Part shown: positions 29,157 to 38,191 of the stretch, one piece after another
How the letters are laid out: the number at the start of each line of letters is the position of its first letter
Position numbering within the stretch: the stretch's first letter is position 1
Assembly: GCA_963662795.1 (NCBI GenBank)
Contig: OY759746.1
Coordinates: 1,504,001-1,568,000 of the forward strand
From: Spirochaetia bacterium
GTDB taxonomy: Bacteria; Spirochaetota; Spirochaetia; CADAEX01
Direction: 5' to 3'
Length of the DNA: 64,000 nucleotides
Position numbers and translations under genes: made by a program
Notes under the pieces: model-generated
The model's input: only the letters and a program-made list of their open reading frames with translations
The model's database searches: none
Told to the model about the DNA's origin: nothing

Positions 29157-30488
29157 TTGACTGCATCTTCTTCGGACAGGGTTTTTCTGAACCTGAAAAC
29201 GGTAGTATTTCTGGTTTTGCTTATCACGCCGCATCTTTCATCCCAGGAAAAGTCATTAAGGTATAAACCGCATCTTGATATAACACTTTCTCCTTCCGCC
29301 GTAGTGAGCATGGTTACAGTATATCCCGGTGATGAGATCTACTCCCTCTTCGGCCACAGCTCTTTCCGGGTATATGACCCTGAAAACAGGATTGACTGGA
29401 TGTATAATTACGGAACATTTGATTTTGATGACCCTCATTTTGTTCCCAAATTTGTTTCAGGCAGACTTGAATACTATCTTGATATAAACAGTTACCAGAG
29501 CGCTTTTAAATTTTATAAATTTGTTGAAAAAAGAAAGATAGTTGAACAGGTTTTAAATCTTGATCCGGGTGAAAGACAGAAGCTTTTTGATTTTCTGCAG
29601 AATAACGGAGAAATGGAAAACCGGTTCTATAAATATGATTTTATATGGGACAACTGCTCAACCCGGATTGCCGACGCGCTTGATAAATCCCTTCCGGGCT
29701 TTGCGGATTATTCTGCCTATAAAAGCAGCGGAGAGAGCTTCAGAACAATGATCCGGCATTATCTTGTCTCCCGTCCTTTTACTGATTTCGGAATCCAGCT
29801 TGCACTGGGCTCAGGCGCTGATGCAATCCCTGAAGGCAATGAGGTTTTCTTTCTTCCTATTCCCATGATGGAAGCATTCTCGGCAGCAGTCGTGAGTAAA
29901 ATATATTCTCCCTTGCCCGGGGAAGGAAAGGGAGGCGAGCCGCTAGTAATTGAGGAACTTGTTCCCGGAGATTCAGAGAGGACTTATTCAAAGAGAGGTG
30001 ATTATCCCCTTCTTATTTTTTCATCCCTCCTTGTTTTATATGGCGTTTTATTATTTGCGTTAAACCGGAAGAAAGGCTGCGGCATCCCTGCCGGCTGCGC
30101 CAAAGCCGCACGTATAGGTATCAGGATAATTGAAAGCTTTGTATTTCTTCTTGCAGGAACGGCAGGTATTATTATTTCCTATTTGTGGTTTTTCTCAGAT
30201 CATACAATTACAGCTGCCAACTACAATCTCCTCTGGTGCACCCCGTTTAACCTGATCCTTCTTTTTACGTGGCCGGGAAAAGGCAATCCAGTCAGCGGGA
30301 GGAAGGCGTGGCGGCTAGCAGAGAGCCTGTCCCTCATCCTGTTTGCGTTATGCGTAGTTTATCTTCTTGCTTCGCTGTTCCGGGCGCAGGCTTTTCTTCC
30401 TGCCTTCCTCCCCCTTATCCTTATTCTTCTGCTGGCAGAGGGGCGGCGCGCTTCCGGTTGTTTAATCAAAGGCAACAGAGAAAGATGA
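29157..30488 (+). CDS. DUF4105 / Lnb-like lipoprotein N-acyltransferase
   Basis: YSLFGHS, YNYGTFDF, YDFIWDNCSTR, then several C-terminal TM helices. Confidence 0.75.
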   Translation: MTASSSDRVFLNLKTVVFLVLLITPHLSSQEKSLRYKPHLDITLSPSAVVSMVTVYPGDEIYSLFGHSSFRVYDPENRIDWMYNYGTFDFDDPHFVPKFVSGRLEYYLDINSYQSAFKFYKFVEKRKIVEQVLNLDPGERQKLFDFLQNNGEMENRFYKYDFIWDNCSTRIADALDKSLPGFADYSAYKSSGESFRTMIRHYLVSRPFTDFGIQLALGSGADAIPEGNEVFFLPIPMMEAFSAAVVSKIYSPLPGEGKGGEPLVIEELVPGDSERTYSKRGDYPLLIFSSLLVLYGVLLFALNRKKGCGIPAGCAKAARIGIRIIESFVFLLAGTAGIIISYLWFFSDHTITAANYNLLWCTPFNLILLFTWPGKGNPVSGRKAWRLAESLSLILFALCVVYLLASLFRAQAFLPAFLPLILILLLAEGRRASGCLIKGNRER

Positions 30489-32090
30489 AGTTGTTATTGC
30501 TGTAATAGAGACTCCGGGATCACCGGTTTTGCTTGTAAGTGCTTCCGATGTATAATAATTTGCGTTGGGTTTTGTTGAACTGTCAGCAGAATATGCGAGG
30601 CTGCTTACTGAATTTGGGAAGGGCATCTTTGAATAGATAATACCGCTTCCCGTCCAGAGAGAGCTTCTGCCGGCGCTGTCATATGAGCTTCCGGCTTCAA
30701 CAATATTAACTCCATGAACCCGGTTGTCTCCATAGTTTACCTTATTTGAACCTATGTAGCTGTTTATAACATTTTCGTGTATGTGCGTTATCAGAATACC
30801 TGAAGCAGGTACAAAAGGCACAGTGCCTGAGGCGGCTGTTTTCTTTTCGATCAGCAGATGCTGACCCGTCCCCTCATCAAGTTCAATATTAAAAGCCTCT
30901 TTGCCAATTTCAATATCCTCAATAGTTTGTCCTGCTTTATCTGCTGTAATATCAGTAAGAGTTACCCAGTCCGAACCTCCGACCCTGTCTCTTTCCCATG
31001 CAAGAAGCGGTGCCGGATCTTTCCCGTCATCACTTCCCCAGCTTCCGCTTCCCATCAGGCTCCAGCTGCCAACTCCGCTGGTTTGTCCTGAAGTGTCGTA
31101 AAGGTCGGGCAGTCCCAGCACATGACCGAACTCATGGCAGAAAACGCCTATTGTCGGAATACCGGGGGTTTTTGTGTATTCTGGCTGGAGCGTATAGTTA
31201 TTTATTGTGACACCGTCATAATTTCTTGAGCCCTCCCCGTCGCCATAGGCTGCTGCAGATGAAAGTGTCCAGTTGTGGGACCATATACTGTCTTCTTCCC
31301 CTGTATATTCTTCCCCGGATCCGGCGTGTATTACTATAACCGTGTCCGCAATATGGTCTGCGTCATTGTCATAAACAGAAAAGTCAACACCAGCCTGTTC
31401 CGCCATGTCAACAGCTTCCCCGACAAATTTTCCAGGATACAAATCATACCCGGCAGAATCATTTGTCCCATAATACTGCCACCCTTTTGAAACACGGTAA
31501 GGCCCGACTACATCAAAAGTTAGAGTAAGTTTATCCTTGGACATATCTAAATAATACTTCTGCATTGTAAGCCCTGTACCTGTTTCAAGTATCTCTTTAT
31601 AAACAGATTTATCAGTATTGAAATAAAGGGGGTCTCCGTAATCAATTCCAGCTCCGCTTGAAGGGCAGCTCGACAATACAATAAAATATGCGCTTAGTGG
31701 CAATATCCATTTCCATTTTTTTATTACAAAGATAAATAATATGGCGGTTAACACACTTAAAAACAAAAATCCTGGCCTCCCGCTATACAGAGTCATGTTA
31801 TCATCTTTGAAACCAACAGGCGGTGTGGCTGCAACATCTGCCCCGAAATCAGCCAGTATTACCAGCACCCTGACAGTCCCTGTTGCCGGGGCAGAAGATG
31901 AGACCCGGCCCGCGGCTGAACTTCTCATCAGCGACTGGTAAAGAGGTGTATCTCCTTCCAGCGGGGCGGGAGGCCTTTCTCTTCCTGATGGATTTGTGTT
32001 CCCCGGGTGGGGCGGCATAGCCTCTGCCTGGAAAGCTGTAAATATTATAAATGCAATAAAAAGCACATATTTTCTTAAATCCTTAAACAT
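30462..32090 (-). CDS. M6 family (immune inhibitor A-like) metalloprotease
   Basis: Signal peptide, IHAG, IWSH, HEFGHVLGLPDLY, WSLMGSG. Confidence 0.92.
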   Translation of the reverse strand: MFKDLRKYVLFIAFIIFTAFQAEAMPPHPGNTNPSGRERPPAPLEGDTPLYQSLMRSSAAGRVSSSAPATGTVRVLVILADFGADVAATPPVGFKDDNMTLYSGRPGFLFLSVLTAILFIFVIKKWKWILPLSAYFIVLSSCPSSGAGIDYGDPLYFNTDKSVYKEILETGTGLTMQKYYLDMSKDKLTLTFDVVGPYRVSKGWQYYGTNDSAGYDLYPGKFVGEAVDMAEQAGVDFSVYDNDADHIADTVIVIHAGSGEEYTGEEDSIWSHNWTLSSAAAYGDGEGSRNYDGVTINNYTLQPEYTKTPGIPTIGVFCHEFGHVLGLPDLYDTSGQTSGVGSWSLMGSGSWGSDDGKDPAPLLAWERDRVGGSDWVTLTDITADKAGQTIEDIEIGKEAFNIELDEGTGQHLLIEKKTAASGTVPFVPASGILITHIHENVINSYIGSNKVNYGDNRVHGVNIVEAGSSYDSAGRSSLWTGSGIIYSKMPFPNSVSSLAYSADSSTKPNANYYTSEALTSKTGDPGVSITAITTSSFSVAFD

Positions 32091-32114
32091 TATCCTCTAA
32101 TCCTTACTCTGCAA

Positions 32115-32145
32115 TGAACCTGCCCTTTAAAAAACGGAGAGCAGG
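32115..32145 (-). mobile_element. Probable IS3-family right terminal inverted repeat
   Basis: TGAACCTGCCC...GGAGAG on the plus strand; ends ...CA on the minus strand just downstream of the transposase remnant. Confidence 0.5.
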
Positions 32146-32166
32146 TAAAGCAATATTTCCTTTCTC

Positions 32167-32400
32167 TTAATATTTACGTTCTTTCTCTTCAGGAGTCAAC
32201 CAATTATTTGCCGTGTACTTCCTAATCCTGTTGTAATAAATTTCAATATCCCAATAAAGATCCTTAATCAATTCATCCATACTTCAATATTTTCGGTAAT
32301 AAACCAAGGGAGTTTTTACTGTATGAAAGAATGACTCTGCTGCTACATTATACCACAGGTAAGCTTCGCTCTCCCAATAGTTTCCTTTCCTGCTTATACC
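32167..32400 (-). pseudogene. IS3-family transposase OrfB C-terminal remnant
   Basis: SRKGNYW...NVAAESFFHTVKTPLVYYRKY*...IEIYYNRIRKY...LTP matches the IS3 integrase core and has an internal stop. Confidence 0.85.
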
Positions 32401-32448
32401 TTATTCTATTAAAAATCATCTTAACTACTACTTCGGGAAATCAAGGCA
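32397..32448. repeat. 52-bp direct repeat, copy 1 (IS left-end-like)
   Basis: Matches 34780-34832 with 4 substitutions and 1 indel. Confidence 0.9.
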
Positions 32449-33814
32449 TGATCATTTTCTTAAGTTCGGGTTTTCTGAATACATTCTTTGATTCCCGACC
32501 CACAACAACAAAAGACAGGACTCCGATGGTTATGAAGCTGATCAGGATGGCGGTGAACACCCCGTTGACACCCAAAAATCGGGACAACAGATATGCCAGG
32601 GGGACTGCAACAACAGCAATCTGCACCAGAGAAAGGGCCCCGGCCAGAAAAGGTTTGTGGAAAGTGTTCAGAACTGCCGCTCCAATCTGGCCGCAGCCAT
32701 ACATTCCGTATCCGATAGGGACGATCATCAGGTAGGCTTCCGCTGTGTTCCGTATCAGACGCTCCCCGTTGAAGATGCCGGCAAGTGAGCCTCCGGTGAA
32801 GAAGAGGAGGACCGCCGACAAAATCCCTATGATATGGGCATAAAGACGCATCAAGCGGATTCCCTGCTTTGCTCTGTCTATGTTTCCTGCACCCAGGTTT
32901 TGTCCTACAAAGACTGTGGCGGTGACTGCCAGTGCGTTGAATACGGCAAGCACAATCCCTTCTATTTTAGCCGCTACACCGAAACCTGCAACTGTTTCGT
33001 GTCCGTAACCGGCAAGGATCGAGGTGAATATGGCCGTTCCCAGGGGCAAGATCGCTTTTATAGCCGAATTCGGCAGACCGATATGCAACAGGGCTTTCCA
33101 TTTGTTCCATACGCTGGAAACTCTCAGGCCGCGAATGGTTATCAGTTTTTCCCGGAATACCTGAATGAGAATGGAAACGGTTGCCGCAATGGCTCGTGAG
33201 AATATAGTGGCCAATGCTGCTCCCGCGACACCCATCTTCGGGAAGGGACCGATGCCGAAGATAAGAAGAGGATCAAATATTGCGTTTACTACAGCTACTG
33301 TCAGCATGACAAAGGCTGGGGTAAAGGTGTCACCGAGCCCCCGGAGGATAGAATCGCCCAGCATTGGAATGACCATGAAGGCTGACCCCAGGTACCATAT
33401 TCTCATATATGTGATGATGACGGGCATCAGTTCGTCTCCGGCTCCGAGCAGGCGGAAGATCGGTTCGATGGTGAAGAATCCGATCATGCCTACGACAATA
33501 GACATGGAAATGCCCAGGGCCAGGGAGGATGTGGCCAGCAGTCGTTCCTCTTCAAGATTATGATTTCCTACGGCACGGGAAAACAGAGCCATGGAGGCTG
33601 TTCCAATACCGAAGACGATACTGCCGATGACCATGATCACGGGGAATGTGAATGATATGGCCGCCAGTTCAAGCGCGCCCAGGCGTCCCACAAAAAACGT
33701 GTCTACTACGTTAAATATCATCATCCCGAGCATCCCGACAATCGAGGGAAGGGTAATGCGGATCAGGGTAGTGGGCAGGGGCCCATTAAGTATAGCTTGT
33801 CTTTTCTCTTTCAT
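32441..33814 (-). CDS. MATE family efflux transporter
   Basis: NVVDTFFVGRLG, LRGLGDT, GVAGAALAT, GQNLGAG. Confidence 0.95.
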   Translation of the reverse strand: MKEKRQAILNGPLPTTLIRITLPSIVGMLGMMIFNVVDTFFVGRLGALELAAISFTFPVIMVIGSIVFGIGTASMALFSRAVGNHNLEEERLLATSSLALGISMSIVVGMIGFFTIEPIFRLLGAGDELMPVIITYMRIWYLGSAFMVIPMLGDSILRGLGDTFTPAFVMLTVAVVNAIFDPLLIFGIGPFPKMGVAGAALATIFSRAIAATVSILIQVFREKLITIRGLRVSSVWNKWKALLHIGLPNSAIKAILPLGTAIFTSILAGYGHETVAGFGVAAKIEGIVLAVFNALAVTATVFVGQNLGAGNIDRAKQGIRLMRLYAHIIGILSAVLLFFTGGSLAGIFNGERLIRNTAEAYLMIVPIGYGMYGCGQIGAAVLNTFHKPFLAGALSLVQIAVVAVPLAYLLSRFLGVNGVFTAILISFITIGVLSFVVVGRESKNVFRKPELKKMIMP

Positions 33815-34248
33815 TTCAATTCTACCATGTTGCTGTGAACGGTTGATGAGAAAGAGTCCAGCATCTTTATGAATTGTTCCAGTTCTTTCTCCGAAAGCTC
33901 ATCGGACAGGAGTCGGTCAAGGCGGTTAAGAATCTTCACGACCTCGGGGAAAATAGCCCGGCCCAGGTCGGTAAGATAGACTCCATTGATCCGGTTGTCC
34001 TGCCGGTTCGTCCTCCGTTCTGCGTAATTTGTCTTTACAAGGTGATTGACCGCTTTGGTGGTTCTTGTTTTATCGGTAACAACCTTTTCCATAAGTTCTT
34101 TCTGGGAAATTCCCTCGTTATGAGCCACGGTCAGATAGAAGGGCAGGGTCCGTTGACCCAGTCCGAAAGATTCGAGATGATGGTTAATATATCGTTCCTG
34201 CCATCGGGCAGCCCGGGCCAGGGAATGGCCTAGTTTTTGAATGTCCAT
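33811..34248 (-). CDS. MarR family regulator
   Basis: ISQKEL, DKTRTTKAV, DNR...LTDLG; 4-nt overlap with the MATE start. Confidence 0.92.
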   Translation of the reverse strand: MDIQKLGHSLARAARWQERYINHHLESFGLGQRTLPFYLTVAHNEGISQKELMEKVVTDKTRTTKAVNHLVKTNYAERRTNRQDNRINGVYLTDLGRAIFPEVVKILNRLDRLLSDELSEKELEQFIKMLDSFSSTVHSNMVELK

Positions 34249-34263
34249 GGCAAGTGTGTAACA

Positions 34264-34292
34264 CTTAATAGTTGCCGATGTCAACCATTAAG
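34264..34292 (-). promoter_or_regulatory. Candidate MarR operator overlapping a TTGACA -35
   Basis: CTTAATAGTTG-N7-CAACCATTAAG inverted repeat with 1 mismatch, directly upstream of marR. Confidence 0.7.
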
Positions 34293-34609
34293 AGCTTGAA
34301 TCTATTCATATTGAAACTGCATATGAGAGTAATCAGCCAAACTTTACTGAGTAAACACTGTTTTAAAAAAATACAATGGTGATGGTTTTCCGGGTCTCAC
34401 TCAATCTGCAAGCTTGTAGTGAGAATCCAATATTCCCTGAGGGTCGTGCGTTAGTTTTTTATATCTTTAAGCACTTGAACGATAATAAGGATAATGCAAG
34501 TCAGATAAGATCTCCATTTTCCTGATTCTCATGATGCATTCAGGTTGGGTTAAGCAAAAGAAGTGAGGAGTCCTTTAATACCATAAATCCGCTCTCGGAT
34601 AATTTGAGA

Positions 34610-34779
34610 TTATCTCCCATTATCAGAAAGCTGACGCTTCCAATTGCCAATTAAGCCATTAGCAATTCCTGAAGATTGCTCAACGCTGTGGGGTGTCCTG
34701 TCTGGATATTCTGATAGAGCTATGGTATTCCTTTTAAACCCTGCGTCATAACGGCATCTTTTTTTTCATTCATAGTCAT
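34610..34779 (-). pseudogene. IS3-family transposase OrfA remnant
   Basis: KKRCRYDAGFKRNTIALSE...GIANGLIGNWKRQL HTH pattern, out of frame with its ATG at an A8 run and prematurely stopped. Confidence 0.7.
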
Positions 34780-34832
34780 TACCTTATTTTATTAAAAATC
34801 GGTCTTAACTACTCCTCCGGGAAATCAAGGCA
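34780..34832. repeat. 53-bp direct repeat, copy 2
   Basis: Minus strand reads TGCCT-TGATTTCCCGGAGGAGTAGTTAAGAC...AAGGTA directly before the OrfA ATG. Confidence 0.9.
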
Positions 34833-35346
34833 GGAACACAATATCGAGAGACGCAACCTCTATTCTGTAGCCTGCGTCAAAAGGTGCCCTTCCTTTGGCT
34901 GCCGGCTCATCCGATGGTATCCGCGAAAGACTTTTTATGTAGCCCAGTTTTTCATCATAAACTGCTTTAAGAACCATGGGAGATGGCTTATCCGATTCAA
35001 GGCTCCCTTTCATTTTCTCAAACATGCTTTTTACTGTAAGAGACTGAATAAAACTCTCTGAAAGAGAGGCCCTGTCCGTATTACCGGTTTTCCAGTCTGT
35101 TACAATATCATCCGCAACTGTAATATTTATTTCTTCAGGCACAAACGTCCCGCGTATATAGATAATATCAGCCTTATAAGATGTAATCTTCAGCCTGTCC
35201 CACTTTTTTTCTGACTTTTCGAGCATTTTCAGCTCACTTTTTTTATCTGTCAGAGTGTTTTCCCTCTTTTCAGACCTTCCCGAAGCGTAAAGGGTTGAGT
35301 ATGCAAGAACAGCAAAAATTATCAATAAAAGAGCTTTTTTGGACAA
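34825..35346 (-). CDS. Exported protein, DUF6174-like
   Basis: Signal peptide; KKWDRLKITSY and YDEKLGY pattern; TTG start after GGAG. Confidence 0.6.
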   Translation of the reverse strand: MSKKALLLIIFAVLAYSTLYASGRSEKRENTLTDKKSELKMLEKSEKKWDRLKITSYKADIIYIRGTFVPEEINITVADDIVTDWKTGNTDRASLSESFIQSLTVKSMFEKMKGSLESDKPSPMVLKAVYDEKLGYIKSLSRIPSDEPAAKGRAPFDAGYRIEVASLDIVFLP

Positions 35347-35482
35347 CTGTTTATCTCCCGCAAATATACACTTATTATAAGGCAATTATATTTTTTATGC
35401 GTAAAAGTTACAAATAAAGTGTATATACATCAAGGATTTAAAGTCTTAAAATAGGAGTGAAAGCAGATAAGGGAAAAAAATA

Positions 35483-36382
35483 ATGGATGTGATAAAACTA
35501 AAATCATTTATCGCTGTCGCAAAACTCAGGAATTTCAGAAAAGCATCTGAAGAGCTGTTTTTCTCCCAGCCTGCAATCAGCGCCCAGATAAAAGAACTTG
35601 AAAACTATTACAACGTGATTTTATTTGAACGGACAGGAAAAAAGGTTGAACTTACCGAGGCAGGAGAACTTCTGCTTCCTTACGCCGTTGACCTTGTGAG
35701 TAAATTTGAAGAGTCGAGGTACAGTGTCCAGAATGCTGCCAGTGCAGACAGGGGACGGATCAAGATCGGCACAAGCATTCTTCCCGGACTTTATTATCTG
35801 CCTGACCTTATTGCAGAATTCAAGGAAAAGAATCCTGATATTGTTTTTGATATATCACTTTTATATTCTGCAGAAATTGAAAAACTTGTCTATGACATGA
35901 ATATTCACCTGGGTGTTATCGGTACTCCGGAAGATTTCACATTTCAGGAGCACCTGTCCTATGAAAGTGTTTTCAGGGACCGTCTTGTAGGCTGTGTATA
36001 TTCCGGACATCCGTTTTTTGAACGGGAATTTGTTTCTCTTTCGGAATTTGCCGATGAAGAGCTTATTCTTCCCACAAAAAACACCTTTACCCGGAAAATA
36101 GTTGAAAAAAGCATGAAGGAGAAAGGGATCCCGTTCAAGACAGCTTATGAAATAGCGAATAACGAAATGATAAAGCGAATGGTTGAGAAGAAACTGGGAA
36201 TAACTATTATGTGCTCTTCAATGATACAGAGTGATCACCCTGTTCTCAAGCCTGTTATTATAGATGATCTTCACTCGTACAGGCACATAAACATTGTTTT
36301 CCGGAAAGACAGAAAACTGTCCCCGCCTCTCCGGAATTTTATAGAATTTTTAACTTCACATCCCAAGAAAAACGTTATTTAG
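35483..36382 (+). CDS. LysR family transcriptional regulator
   Basis: NFRKASEELFFSQPAISAQIKELE, LFER, LTEAG. Confidence 0.97.
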   Translation: MDVIKLKSFIAVAKLRNFRKASEELFFSQPAISAQIKELENYYNVILFERTGKKVELTEAGELLLPYAVDLVSKFEESRYSVQNAASADRGRIKIGTSILPGLYYLPDLIAEFKEKNPDIVFDISLLYSAEIEKLVYDMNIHLGVIGTPEDFTFQEHLSYESVFRDRLVGCVYSGHPFFEREFVSLSEFADEELILPTKNTFTRKIVEKSMKEKGIPFKTAYEIANNEMIKRMVEKKLGITIMCSSMIQSDHPVLKPVIIDDLHSYRHINIVFRKDRKLSPPLRNFIEFLTSHPKKNVI

Positions 36383-36390
36383 AATTTTTT
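36258..36390 (+). repeat. 133-bp direct repeat, copy 1 (lysR 3' end)
   Basis: Near-identical to 36913-37044 (about 5 differences). Confidence 0.95.
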
Positions 36391-36454
36391 ACAAGAAAAT
36401 TTAACAAGACAGGCTTTAAATATAAAATCAACCTCATTCAATGATTCAAAACAA

Positions 36455-36556
36455 TTACGCAGTTCTGTCTCCAATTCCCAGTAAAAGGCCTGAGACACTG
36501 ATATCTTCGTCTGTCCAGACTTTTGATGCAAATACTTCTTTAATTAAAGTATTCAT
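36455..36556 (-). pseudogene. DUF2442-type protein with internal deletion
   Basis: MNTLIKEVFASKVWTDED|ISVSGLLLG: family N- and C-termini joined; AGGAG RBS. Confidence 0.7.
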
Positions 36557-36781
36557 GCCACTTTCTCCTTATTAACTCCTGATTTTCTTCTATCATTCTT
36601 TCTATTGTATTAAGTTCTTTTGAAGTCATACCATAATTTGAAGCAATAATTACTTCGGAGTCTAACCAATATTTTGCAACTTTTGTATGTTTTCTGACAT
36701 GAATATGACATTTCTCCAGAGGTTCTCCCTCATTAGAGTAAAAAAAGAATTTATAACGTCTATTTCAAGAATCTTCGGCAT
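36540..36781 (-). pseudogene. DUF4160-type protein, frameshifted
   Basis: MPKILEID / YKFFFYSNEGEPLEKCHIHVRK...AKYWL...KWHEYFN; one base missing after codon 8. Confidence 0.8.
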
Positions 36782-36912
36782 TCACGTTCCTGAATTAATT
36801 ATACTATTAATAGATTTTTGTTGCATCACTTTATTCTGATGATCTTGCTTTTGAAAAAAGTATTTTTTAAATTTTCTCCGGCAGTAAGATACGTCTCTCA
36901 TTGGCCGGGTTT

Positions 36913-37044
36913 TTATAGATGATCTTCACTCGTACAGGCATATAAACAGGTTTTCCGGAAAGACAGAAAACTGTCCCCGCCTCTCCGGAATTTTATGGAA
37001 TTTTTAACTTCACATCCCAGGAAAAACGTTATTTAGAATTTTTT
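36913..37044 (+). repeat. 132-bp direct repeat, copy 2
   Basis: Degenerate copy of the lysR 3' end; contains the stop codon of the convergent DHH gene. Confidence 0.95.
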
Positions 37045-38117
37045 GCAAAGTATTCCTGTACAACCGGCTGAAGCTTTTTCCTTGACCATCCGATATTTCC
37101 CTGAAGATAAAATCCGGCTCTTCTGTCTACAGGCACTTTGATCTGAGCCGGGGCAAGTTCCCCTCCATTATCCTGAAGGTATGCGTATACGCTTTCAAGC
37201 AGTACAGCATCTTTTGAAAATAGAATCAGCTCTCTTGTAAATTCAGGCTCTGTGTAGGCAATCATTATAAAGAGTATATCAAGGGAGTTTTTTGTATAAT
37301 ATTTATCAGCTGCTTCAAGCAGCTGAGGGTCTTTTTTCAGCCAGTTTTCCATTGAAATGAGGGCAGAGCTGAAACCTGTTTTTTTACTGCCCATTACCCA
37401 TTCCTTGTAGTCTTTTCTTAGAATATCGTAGCTTGAAAGAGGGGCAGTATTAAACTTTTCAAACTGAAGCCTGTCGAAAACCTTGTTCCGGTCAATCTTG
37501 AATGCTGTAGTGATGTAGTCAATAACTTTTATGTCTTTCTCTGTTGTTCTTCCTGCTTCCTTTGAAAAGTTTACTGTATCAAGCAGTATAGGTCCGGCAA
37601 GCAACAGCGCCTCTTCCCTGTTTTCCAGTGCTCCTGCTTTGTCCCTGATTTTTTCCGCCACCAGAGTCGCGCATGATCCCACAGGCTCAATAGTTTTGTT
37701 TTTAACAGGATATGCGTTTTCATCCTTGTGATGGTCAAGGATCTCCTCAATACATCCGGAAAGATATTCCTGTCCGCCGGAAAGTTTATTGTGATCAATT
37801 AATGTGATTTTAAGTCTTCCTGATTTAAAAATTTCTTCAATATTAATTTCATCAATGAAGAGAAGGTTTGTTGTTTCAATTCCTGCTTCCGCAAAAAGAT
37901 ATACAGCTTCTGTCCTTAATTTAAAATCTGCCGCCGGTATGTTTATCAGCGGAATAAAAAGCTCATCATCACTTTTACTTGTTTTTTCCAGAAAGCTTGC
38001 ATAAACTATTGATGATGCCATGGAGTCAAGGTCTGAAGCTTCATTTCCCATGACTACATGAATGATCTTTTTATTGTTTAGATTGAATTTTGAATCAAAA
38101 AGATAGTTATTTAACAT
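37029..38117 (-). CDS. DHH/DHHA2 phosphatase, Prune/PPX1 exopolyphosphatase-like
   Basis: HVVMGNEASDLDS, LIDHN, LDHH, VGSCATLV, ILLDT, LRKDYK, SRKKLQP. Confidence 0.85.
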   Translation of the reverse strand: MLNNYLFDSKFNLNNKKIIHVVMGNEASDLDSMASSIVYASFLEKTSKSDDELFIPLINIPAADFKLRTEAVYLFAEAGIETTNLLFIDEINIEEIFKSGRLKITLIDHNKLSGGQEYLSGCIEEILDHHKDENAYPVKNKTIEPVGSCATLVAEKIRDKAGALENREEALLLAGPILLDTVNFSKEAGRTTEKDIKVIDYITTAFKIDRNKVFDRLQFEKFNTAPLSSYDILRKDYKEWVMGSKKTGFSSALISMENWLKKDPQLLEAADKYYTKNSLDILFIMIAYTEPEFTRELILFSKDAVLLESVYAYLQDNGGELAPAQIKVPVDRRAGFYLQGNIGWSRKKLQPVVQEYFAKNSK

Positions 38118-38191
38118 AATATTCCTCCATAATAACCTGTATTCAGAATAGAACATTGTCAGTATTCGTCAATAAGATATTGATGATCTTG

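Noticed and set aside
34300-34609. Additional gene fragments between marR and the OrfA remnant
   Set aside because: Short stop-interrupted frames with no motif I could assign
32397-34832. 52/53-bp repeats as integron attC sites
   Set aside because: GTTAAGA does not fit GTTRRRY, there is no attC-like hairpin or integrase, and adjacent IS3 remnants explain them better
36740-36781. Programmed frameshift in the DUF4160 gene
   Set aside because: The shift maps upstream of the T-run and the partner gene is also broken, so decay is the simpler explanation
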